DNA of 64,000 nt from positions 310,001 through 374,000 of the forward strand of contig CP145409.1 in the NCBI GenBank assembly GCA_036867785.1. Direction: 5' to 3'. Below, piece by piece: positions 47,843 through 58,200 of this stretch (position 1 is its first letter; each line of letters starts with the position of its first letter). This stretch comes from Plasmodiophora brassicae (Eukaryota). The notes under the pieces were generated by a model, which was given only the letters and a program-made list of their open reading frames with translations, made no database searches and was not told the DNA's origin. The translations under genes were made by a program, and so were the position numbers.

Positions 47843-49003
47843 TCAGACGGAGCCGTTGTCATCGACAGAGCCAGTCGGGGACTGCTGCGACGGTTGCTGC
47901 TGGGACTGCCCTTGCTCTCGTTGCTCATCACGACCTCGATTCGGGCACGTGCGAATACCATGCGTCGACTTGCCGCACTCGCCACAGATATGGGCGTAGT
48001 TGCAAGGATCATTCGGGCACTCCCGCTCGTTGTAGTAGATGCAAGAAAGGACGCCGTTATTATCACGAGGGAATCTGTAAAACGCGCGCACCGGACGACG
48101 TCGACCTTCATCGTTGCTGGGACGCCTGGACGAGAACCCTCGAACAAACCGTCCAGCTGGGGAGCGCATACGCCCAGAGCTGTTACGAGGCCCACCACGA
48201 GAACGGGGCGACCGCGACCGGGATCGACGAGGATGCACGGCCTGCCCTGGACGGTCATTGCCCTTCGGGAACGAGCGGTGAACTGGAGGAGATAACGATG
48301 CGTCGAGAACGACGAAATCACCGAGCTCGGAGGACTCGATGCGAATCGAACGGCCTGGCAGGGACGCGACAACCTTCTCGAATGACATCCCTGGGAACGC
48401 TACAACATCGTGCCCGTACTTACGTGAATACAGACGATGCAGCGACCCGAGTTCGATCTTATCCGAGTGCTCCTGCAGAAGAATTTCCAGTTCCCGAACC
48501 AGTCGAAGCAGCTGGCTCCGAGTCTCAGGCGACTCCGGATCAAACGGCGGAGAGGAGTCCAACCAGTTCGAACGGTCCGATGCGGTATTCTGCCCTTCCA
48601 GGCCCCGACGGTTCGTTTCGTTGCGATTCGATTCCGAATTGACGGGTGGAGGAGTCCGGTCCAGCGACCGATCCGGAGAGGTATCGACAGACGCAGCGAG
48701 CGCCTCGAGACGCTCCTGTTGGCTCAGGATATGCGTCGCGAACGCCCGCATCTGCTCGCAGAACGCAATCGACTTCTCGGCGAACGCCTTCATATCAGCG
48801 CTGCGGACCGTGTTGATCAGCGACTCGCCCTGCAACTTCCCACCCGAATTCGCCTGCCGCAGCACGTCCGCCAGCATGGCCTTCGACGACGCGTGCGCAT
48901 CGCGTTCGGCGGCCAGCGCCTCCTTCAGCGTGGCGTTGTCCCTCTCCATCTCCGCGAACCGCTGCGCGAAGTCGGCCAGCATCGCCGAGCTCGTCGGCTG
49001 CAT
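47843..49003 (-). CDS. coiled-coil + LOTUS/OST-HTH-like + RS-rich + double zinc-finger protein, intronless
   Basis: IELGSLHRLYSRKYGHDVVAFPGMSFEKVVASLPG (LOTUS-like); RRSRSRSPRSR; CIYYNERECPNDPCNYAHICGECGKSTHGIRTC. Confidence 0.7.
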   Translation of the reverse strand: MQPTSSAMLADFAQRFAEMERDNATLKEALAAERDAHASSKAMLADVLRQANSGGKLQGESLINTVRSADMKAFAEKSIAFCEQMRAFATHILSQQERLEALAASVDTSPDRSLDRTPPPVNSESNRNETNRRGLEGQNTASDRSNWLDSSPPFDPESPETRSQLLRLVRELEILLQEHSDKIELGSLHRLYSRKYGHDVVAFPGMSFEKVVASLPGRSIRIESSELGDFVVLDASLSPPVHRSFPKGNDRPGQAVHPRRSRSRSPRSRGGPRNSSGRMRSPAGRFVRGFSSRRPSNDEGRRRPVRAFYRFPRDNNGVLSCIYYNERECPNDPCNYAHICGECGKSTHGIRTCPNRGRDEQREQGQSQQQPSQQSPTGSVDDNGSV

Positions 49004-49206
49004 CGCGGATAGCACCGGTGGGTGGTCTGACGGCGGTGCGGATCGCGCGACGACTTACGGACTATGCGAAGCGCGGCGGCCGCCGCCGCACGGGCTGCCC
49101 GGCACAAGTCCAAATGTACCTCTGGCCGCATGTGAGGGCCCTGTACTTAAGTACTTATGGGGACGAGGAGCTGCCATCCGGCGATCGGGACATGTAAACG
49201 GATGCA

Positions 49207-49982
49207 TCATTGCTTCTTGTAGGTGGTTTCGGGGACGCCCAGGGCGTGTGCGGCCGTGCGGGCGGCGACGAACAGGTAGTCGGACAGGCGGTTGACGAAC
49301 ATGCCGACGGAGCGGTCGCAGTCGCCGTCCTGGATGACGGGTTCCAGGTCGCGTTCGACGCGGCGGGAGACGGTACGCGCGACGTGGATGGCGGCTGATG
49401 GCAAGCCGCCGGAGGGCAGGATGAAGTTGCGAAGAGGAGGGAGCGACTTGTCTAGCTCGTCGATCCACGATTCGAGGATCTCTGTTTGCCCGCCCGGGAA
49501 CGCCGCCCTCTCCTACTTCAACGTCAGGCAACGTAGCGTTCGCAACAAGTGCGATTCTACCAAGGCCTTCTCATTCGAAGACGATCGAGGAGTGGCAACA
49601 TGCGTCCCAATGTCAAGCAGCCTTGACTGAATCATCGACATCTGCTTGTTGATCGCCTGCAGGCTTGCGTGATCCTGGGTAGTACAATACTCACGAGCCA
49701 GGCCAATGTGGGCGTTCAGCTCATCGATATCGCCCAGGACGTGGAAGACCGGGTCCGATTTCGGTCGGCGTTTCCCCTAAGCAGGCGCTCGTCAGCATCC
49801 ACCCCATTCACTATTCGCCCGAAAACGTTCCGCTCACATTGTACAAAGAGGACGTTCCTGCCACGCGTCAACTCACGTCAGGCAGCGGGGCAACGGTGGG
49901 CAAGCACGCCAGGATACGAACCTTGATCGCCCGACCTTGTATATATTCGGACGCGCCTCAGCTCCTCGTCCGACTCCGACAT
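49207..49982 (-). CDS. MMAB: ATP:cob(I)alamin adenosyltransferase, PduO type; may extend further 5'
   Basis: RIYTRSGDQG|TSSLYN; VFHVLGDIDELNAHIGLA; DIGTHVATP; FILPSGG..IHVARTVSRRVER; FVNRLSDYLFVAAR. Confidence 0.92.
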
Positions 49983-50009
49983 GACGGACACGCGGCGCCA
50001 CCAGCGCCC

Positions 50010-50517
50010 CTGCAGACGCGCGACGGCACCACCAACCCACCTTCGTCCGGCGATCGCAATCGTTTGATGCAGATCTGGAGCGCCCTCAAGTCCGCAATGC
50101 GAACCGTCGCACGGCGGGGCACCGCCGTCAACATCTGCATCACACGGCGCCGGCAGCGAACAACGATTGCGAGTTGGCGTATGTCCGGTTTGGGGACCAT
50201 ACGATCGTTCATTGAGCAGTTGGGTTGAGGCCTGACGGGAAGGATCCCGGCGGGACGGACCTAGCGAAGCTGTTCATGATGATGCTGAGATCGACGTGGG
50301 CCTGCGCGTCGAACGTGTCGCTGGATTCGTCGCGGAGCATGCGGGCCAGAGCTTGACGATTCAGGCCGCGTTTGACCGCCATCTCGTCCGGGGTGAGTCG
50401 GGGCGCCGCAGGTGCGGGGCGGGGCGTCGTTGGGGCTGCTGCTCGAACCTTGCCCATGACGCTCGCTACGTTCAGGGTGCTGGCCGTGGTCGGCTCGCCG
50501 CCCTCGGACACGCTCAC
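50010..50517 (-). CDS. hypothetical small protein, or upstream exons of MMAB
   Basis: ORF MGKVRAAAPTT..NRQALARMLRDE is followed by short GT-AG segments and further open frames running up to MMAB. Unresolved. Confidence 0.3.
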
Positions 50518-50951
50518 GTCTCGACGACTGCCTGTCGACCTACTACTTGGTGTTTGTGCGCGCCTAAACCGATATTAGGCACACAGCGTATAAAGAATCA
50601 CCCGCTGCGAATCCTACCCCGGTTCTCGGGGGCTGCAGGTCTTCGTGCCTAACTGCCATGGAATGGCCGGTCGATCGCTCTGCTTCTCGGAGCGGCAACG
50701 AGACAGTGATGACGAAAGGCGACGTGAGCCGGAGATTCGAACGCGCTGCATTAGCGACCGGACGTCGCCCATCGACACGAGTCGCCGACTCTAGGTCGTC
50801 GCCACGGGCGACAGGATGGAGATCAGCCATCATCAGTCACAGAGCATTTCAGGAGATCTACGGCGCAACCAGGCGGGCATTGGGCCGTGCGCTGGCGTGA
50901 ATCTAGAATGGTGAATGTATCATCGGGTGGGAGCGCGCGACGGATGCCCGC

Positions 50952-51847
50952 CTATTTCTTGGCGGCACGTCGGTCGGCCCGGAGCGTGGCGTGGAAACCG
51001 GACTTGATCGGGGCGACTGACCGGGACGATCCGCACATCTCGCATTTGATAAAGTACAGGCGCGTCAGGCTGTCTCTTGTCAGGGTCGTATCCGGGTTCT
51101 TGCACATGTTGCACGTCACGTACTCGATGATGTACTTCTTCATCAGACTCTCGATCTGCTTCGGGTTATATCTTCCCTTAATCTGTCGTTGTCGTGTCAA
51201 ACGCGCATGAAACAGCAATCATTGGGGTACGCGCGCGTCGACGTACCACGAGGCGCTGGTTGCCATCGATGGATCCCTCCGTTCCCAATTCGGCCATGAA
51301 GAACGAAATTACATGATCCATGTTCCGGTTGATCTTGCTGCACATCTCGGCGATGTTCGCCCACATGGTCTTCTTCGACCCGATCTGGTTCATTTTCGGC
51401 GGCGGCATCACGTTGCGTTTCCGCTCGGACAGATTCGGGTTCTTCTCGCGAAGGAGACGGAAGATCCTCTCTAGCATCTACAGACACCAGTTAGACCGTC
51501 CAGCAATATCCACATCGGGGGGACGACCCGCTCGTACTTCGACGTAGCCGTAGTCACGGTCAGTCCCGTCCCAGGCCCGTTCCTGGCCGGTGCCCCCGAC
51601 CTGCGCTTGTTTCGTCTCCTCTGCACAGCAGCGTTCAGCCCAACGATCCATGCGCGCACAGGACGCGACCGTCCATACCTTCCGTGGTCTTCTTCTTCTT
51701 CTTCTTTTTCTTCTTCAACGACAGGTCGAACAGCTCGAGGTCGTCCGCCAGCGTCTCATCGTCGACTGCGTTGGCCGGCCGCCCGACAGTGGCGATGTCC
51801 TCGCCATCGGACTCGTGGAAGCGTTCCAGGTCGTCGTTGGCCGCCAT
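50952..51847 (-). CDS. EIF2S2: translation initiation factor 2 beta subunit
   Basis: Poly-Lys box [64 protein letters not shown]. Confidence 0.96.
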
Positions 51848-52293
51848 GGCGCGTCACGCACAACCGCTCAATGGCCGACAGTCCGCCACGCACTCGCTGA
51901 CGGACACCGTCCGACCCACGACCCGTCCGGTCCATCAGACCACCATGTCCCAACTCCCAAGTCCCAACCCAATGGGCAAACGGTGGTCGTTTCCCCAAAG
52001 CGCTCGGTGGGTTGCGGTTACGGTGCCTAACTGGCGTGCGCGTTGCCCGACGACTCGTTCAGTACTCTGTACCTCGTGTTCTGGGCAACACCCGGTAAGC
52101 GCCTCGTGGAGCACCCGGTGCAGGAAGGTTACGCTTGCTGGCATAACGAAGAATTCGTGAAGGTCCCCGCTGGCTTGGTGACGACAGCAGGATTTCGTAC
52201 TGGTGTAGCGAGTCTGGTGCACCTCGTGTTTTGAAGGCCCGCGCTCCCTGACAGGGCACGTGCTCCGAGGCGACTGAACCGGTTGCTTACAAG

Positions 52294-52911
52294 CAGGCCT
52301 CTTAAATTTAGCATTTTGCTAAAAAGTCTAATATCCAAAATTTTAGATATGAAATGCGATCCAGGATTAGCCATTTTAGACATTCAGATGTTTACTAGAT
52401 AAGCAGACGGAGCTGAGCGAACTAGTTGTGGTCAGATACCACCCAAGATGGTCTCCTTGCATTGCAGCTTAGACTCCAACGAAAAGTCTGTCAACGATTT
52501 GCTGAACTTGTCCTTCTCGAACTTCAGACTGCTGAAGTCAGCCTCAACTGTTGCAGTATTCGGAAGAATGGATGCCAGTCCTCCGACGAAGCGGCAGAGG
52601 TCGCCATAACGATCACGAATGCCTTCTATTGCCCAAGCGTCGTCGAATGTTGTTTGGTCATTGCACCGAGAAAGGGCAGTTCGCATTCGTGCGCTGCTGT
52701 CGTATTGGGCTTTCAGAGCCTTATGCTGCGAGACGATCTTGGTCACATCGTCTTCGGCCCAGCTCGCCAGCAGGCGATCTTTGTGTTTCTTGATGATGGC
52801 AACAAGTTCACGACCCTGCAGGTGTACGAGCTCATGCGGCAGTACCGGAATGGTGACCTTCTCAGTCACCGTATCGTCTGTCGCAACGATCGCCAGAACA
52901 CCAGACATAAG
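52294..52911 (-). mobile_element. 3' part of a hAT transposon (terminal repeat plus transposase C-terminus)
   Basis: The terminus CAGGCCTCTTAAATTTAGCATT at 52294 reads inward. The minus-strand ORF contains PVLPHEL..FVGGLASILPNTATVEADFS..SLTDFSLE, which includes the third catalytic Glu. Confidence 0.85.
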
Positions 52912-54929
52912 CAGGCATCTTAAGTTTAGCATTGTTTGCTGAAATGTCTAAAATTTCGGGTCTCTCAAAATAGCTAAAATTTCGAAAGTTCAGAACTGGA
53001 CTGCACAGGTCTTCGGGAGGGCATTTCGCGCCTCTCCGACCGCTCGGAGTTGTGTGACGCACAATAATTGTTGTCCGTTGAACTGCGTTGGGAGCGCGAA
53101 GATGAGGTCGACGTCGTCGTCTGCGCCGGTATCAACGACTGGCGGTGGGGCACCTGCTGAACCATCAGCGTCGTTGAGTGAGTTGTGGAATGACGCTGTG
53201 CTCTCTGCTGTTTGTGACGTAGTAATTTGGATATAGAACGCGCGGCTCCTGACAATGCTGATGACAACCCACCAAAGAAGTTGTCGGGCGGCTTTAAGCT
53301 GAACCATCGGCAACAGTATGGTCTGGTGAACAGCGACCGAGACCCCGGCACGTCCGCCGTTACGGGAGTCAAGTGTCGCTGCTGCATCACCTTCGGTCGC
53401 GAGGTCGAAACGTGTAAAACGCAATGGACGTTTAAAGGGCCACCATTCAGGACTTACAATTATCGCGTTCATCTTGAGAAGCAACACGCCAGCAAGTGGG
53501 CGACGTATCAAACCCTGTCCGATGCGGAGAGGGCTGTGTTCTTCGACGTGCCCGTCAAGGAGGCTGAAACTCTGCCTTTTTACTTCGGCGCCCGCTCGGA
53601 ACAGTTGGAATTCAAGTTCGACAAACCGATCGTTGATGCCTTGATCGGTCAGCTTCTGTGGCGTCCTGAGGACGTTGGTACCTTGGCTTACACCAAGGCA
53701 ATGTCAATTTTCCAACTCGATGGCACTGGCTCGGGTTACACTGCGACCGTAAAGGAGGCGAAACAGTTCCAATTGGTAATCCGTTTCCTTGCCCGGGGGA
53801 TGTCGTTCCGGATGGCCACCTCTGCGGTCAATGATGCGAAGCTTGTTACTGGGTATGCGAAGCTTGGGTGCGCTTCGGAAGTTAAAGTTGCAACGTTCGC
53901 GCGCATCCAGTGTGCTGCAAACTTCCAGTCGCTCGCTTCTTGTCTTCGTCGTCAATGGGCTTTCTCGATTGCACTCGATGGCGCGGTGTGCGACGGTACT
54001 GGCTATATCGATGTACGGGTTCGATTCTGCGACGCCGGCCGGATGCAGAATCGACATGTCATTGCCGCTCCGTTGTTTGGCTCGCATACCGGCGAGGCCA
54101 TGTTCAACATGGTGTGCCAGCTCTTCGATGTTCTCTGTCCAACGTGGACAGAGCACATTATCGGCAGTTCAACCGACGGTGCTGCTAATATGACAGGTAA
54201 GGATAACAAATGGAACTCCAGAGCATGACCTGATTTCGATATCTCTATCGCAGGCCGATTATCAGGCGTACAGACACGATTGCAAGCGGTGGCTCTTCCT
54301 GGGTTTATGCGAATCTGGTGCTACTTGCATCAGTTGGACTTGGTCCTGCAAGACTCCTACCAGAATTTCGATGGGGACCATTTCTACCGCCAAACAACTG
54401 CTACCATCTCGCACCTCAGGCGTCAGTACTCTCTGATTGGCGAGATGGGTGAGACTTGCCCAGCGCTGTCCAAGACGCGATGGTCATCAATGGCACGGGT
54501 AACCACATTCTTCCATTCGAACAGGGACAGGCTGATGAAGCACTATCATGGCCGGTCTGATGCCCCATCGCAGCGCTGGTGGTTGACGAACTCAGCGTTG
54601 AACGTCGTCGCAGTCATGGCCAGCGAAACGGTTGCACGCTGTCAGGGCAAGGAGGCGCTTTTCGGGCACCAGTTCGCTGAACTTCGTGGGCTTTTTCATC
54701 AGGTGAAGAAGCTGGCGTTCGCAACCGAATCTCACCCAACGACCGCTCTGTGTATCGACGAGTTCGTTGATATGATTGTCATCGGCCCGTGGACTTTCCG
54801 GAAGGACAATCTGAAGGGGATGTTGATGGATCAGGGCCTCTTTGAGGCGGAGGCGGTTGAAGGCCTGGACGTCGAGGATGTCGACTTTGTGGTCCACTCT
54901 ACGGCGACGTTACTGTCAGGGATTATGTC
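52912..54929 (+). mobile_element. 5' part of the same hAT transposon in opposite orientation; transposase with two introns, truncated
   Basis: Terminus CAGGCATCTTAAGTTTAGCATT at 52912, ATG at 53102. Zinc-finger-like CRCC..HLEKQH; SIALDG; STDGAANMTG|RLSGVQTRL; WCYLHQLDL (CxxH); TRWSS. Confidence 0.9.
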
Positions 54930-55008
54930 ACATAATCCCAAGAGGCCCTGATCCATCAACATCCCCTTCAGATTGTCCTTCCGGAAAGTCCACGGGCCGA
55001 TGACAATC
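54774..55008. repeat. fold-back inverted duplication
   Basis: 54940-55008 is the exact reverse complement of 54774-54842 (69 bp). 54919-54939 is the palindrome GGGATTATGT-C-ACATAATCCC. Confidence 0.95.
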
Positions 55009-55235
55009 CAGCGACGCCTTGGAACGCGACGTCATTGGAAGAGATGAAGGTAAAGCAGACCAGCCCGACGACAACGATAAGCAGGTACATGACTACGATG
55101 CCAGAGATATCACAGTACGTATGTTGAGGAGTGTTGATATATGAATCTAAGGCATTTGCCGCCACGCTTCGGTTCCCGCTGTGATGCATACTTGACGTCG
55201 TGTGTTCCTCGCTCCCACTGCCTTTTGCCCTGGGT

Positions 55236-58200
55236 CTAATCGGCTGTCTTCGCATGGGCATCTCCACGAGTGTACTTGAGAGCCACCGTGGTGATCACAC
55301 CGGACGCCAGGTTCCTGCACAGACACGCGCGCGCCCCTGTCAACCTATGTGGCTGATTGCAATCTCCCGACGTCCCATACGATAGCAGGATGTAGACGAT
55401 GATCATGTACGACATGAAGTACAAGGCGATGTTCCACGACGTGACCTGGATCGCTGCATACATCGTCGCGTGCCAGTTCTACACGATCGGTCAGCGTGTG
55501 CCGCTCTCAGCACCAGGCGCGGTAGTTGGCTCCTGTGCTTACATCGCTGACGAGCAGTTGCGTCAGGCCCAGGAACGCGTTCGCCAGGTTGTCGAAGTTG
55601 GACGGTGGCACCGCGCCGACGAGCATCCGCTCGAACCTGTGCGCCAGCATCTGCACGCCGACCATCGCATAGATGTACATGACGAGGAGCAGCAGCACAA
55701 CGAGGTCCTTGATCACCGGTACGACCCGGAACGTGCCGAAGATCAGGTGTCGGGTCGCCACCGTCTGCGTCACGATCCGGACGACGGGCAGGGCGGCGTA
55801 GAACCGCTCGTTGTTCTCGTTGTCGGTGTAGTGGAACCGGAACCCGGTCATGGCCTGCCCGGCCAGGCTGCCGATGAACGCTGCCCCGACGACGATGGCG
55901 TCGTACCGGTTGGCGAATTGGATCTCGGCCGCCCACCGCCCGATGTTGTACCGGGAATAGTTCCAGAACTGGGACGGCGCGTAGACGGCCACCTTGACGA
56001 GCATCTCCAGCGCCGACACGACGACGAACGCCAGGCAGGTCCGGTCCAGGTTGCGAGTCGTCGCCTCGTCGGACACGCCGTACAGGGCGACGACCCCGAT
56101 CAGGCCGATCGTCAGCAGGCGCCAGACGTGCAGGTAGAACGGGTTCTCGAAGAACAGGCCGCGGGCGTTCGCGCGCCAAGCGCTTCGCACCGGCTGCTGG
56201 ACGATGGTGGACGCGAGCACGCGTTCCGCCCCCGATATGAACCCGTCGACGTCGACGAAGCGCTTCGGCGGGCGCCCGCTGCCGGCCTCGTTCGACAGCG
56301 ACGACTTCTTGTCGAGGTCGCCGACGGCGGCGTCGACGTCCTCGGAGGCGATCGCCGGGCGCATGAACCGAAGGAAATGGTGGAAGTCGCCCATGGACAT
56401 GTGGCCGTCCTCGTCGTAGTCGAGGAGGACGAAGGCGGCGACCATGCCGGCGCGCGCCAGCACGCGCTTGTGGATGTCGACGGCGGCGCGCTGCCGCTCG
56501 AACGCGGCCTGGAACGTGCCGATGACGATGCCGAGGATGATGAACATGCCGGCGCCGACCATGAACGCGATCCAGACGACGTTGAACGCGTTCACGGCCG
56601 GGTACTGCATCTCGTGGTAGTTCTCGGCGGTCGACATGACGACGAAGCAGGACGAGATGGCGCGGACGACGTTCGTGAAGCTCGAGTTGAGCTGGTCGGC
56701 GTTGACGTCGGCCCGGAACACGGCCAGGCTGATGCACCCGCAGACGACGACCATCAGCAGGTACAGGAGCGACGCGTCGAGCGTGTCGTAGACGGTGCGG
56801 GCGAACAGGCGGACGCTCTCGCGCGTGCCCGCGTTCGACAGGACGTACAGGAACGGGCGGCACGGGACGTAGTACTCGATGCTGACGTTGCCGGCGACGA
56901 TCGCGATCCAGTCGACGACGACGACGGCGAAGACGACGATCAGGCCGATGTCCTTGACCTGGATCGTGCGATGGTCGTCCCACTTCAGGTCGGCCTGCAG
57001 GCGCACGCTGCGAACCGCGATGTACTTCGTGGCGAGGCGGGCGCCGATGAACAGCGCCTCGATCACGAGGCAGACGGCCTCGGCGACGACGACCGAGGTG
57101 GTGGCGCCGCCGGCCAGCAGGTCGCCCAGCGTGGCCGGCTTCGCGAACGACAGGCAGATGTGGACCGTGATCGTGACGGTCAGGGCCCATTTGACGACGG
57201 GCCTCTGGATCAGGCGGTAGACGCGAAGCGGGACCCGGGTCGGCAACTTCTCCAGCAGGCAGATGTGGGGAACGTTGAGCCCAGCGGCACCTGTGATGCC
57301 CCCCTCCCCATCGTCAGTGGCGGCGAACGTTTTCGCGTTCGGCCCTCGTACCGTCGACGATGTGGCGTCGGGCGCGATCCCAGGCGTGGCGCCGGAAGAG
57401 CTGACTGCTGATCGGGTGGTCGACCTGCCTCAGGACCTGCTGCTGGTACTCCCAGTCGGCGGCACGCGCCTCCTGGATCGTCGTCTGGATCGCGACCTTC
57501 AGGTCCGACGCCGTCCTGTACTTGACCCGTTTCTGGCCGCTGCGCCGATGTCGGATCGACGTCATGATGGTCAGCATCGACCCAGGGCCGCTCGTCGGCC
57601 GCTTCCCCGTCGTCGTCGTCGCTGTCACCCCGGCGGCCGACCGCCGACCGGCCCAGTCGAGCACGAGCATGAGGACGACGGTGAAGACGGCAATGACGAG
57701 CGTCAGGGTGTGGCGCTGGTCGGTGGCGCCGGATAGGTCGGAAACGGGGACGAGAGCGGCCACGATCCAGTCGTTGCCGTTGGCCGCATCGGCCAGGCGG
57801 ACGGCCCAGGTCAGCGGTTTCAACGTGTCGCGCTGGACGCTGGAGACCGATGTCGTCACCGAGGCAATGTTGGCGTTAGCTTGCAGGAGGAACATGGCGA
57901 GGTGCCGAATGATCGTTTCCGTCGACGTGGCGGTCGCGTCCGCGGTCGGCGCCGTCCCGTCCGACGTGGTCGACGCGACCAGACGCAGGCCCGACCCGGT
58001 GTCCTCCAGTACAATGCCGACCGCGTTCGGCGACACACGCCCCATCAGGGACCGCAGCCTGGCGACGATCACATCCGACCCGAACTCGACGGAGACGCTC
58101 CCGTTGCCATACGCCAGCGACGTCACGTAGACGGCGCCCGATCCGGTCGGCAGGTACGCTGTCCTGGTCGACGACGCGCGCGCCACCTTGTACCCGCAAT

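Noticed and set aside
43802-49982. Phosphonate or B12 biosynthetic gene cluster (pepM plus MMAB)
   Set aside because: The two genes are separated by SRP9, a transposon and an unrelated gene, and no other pathway enzymes are present. The proximity is probably chance.
55399-57411. 670-aa plus-strand ORF, and the 715-aa ORF at 57881-60028
   Set aside because: These are antisense shadows of the GC3-rich channel gene and show no domain features.
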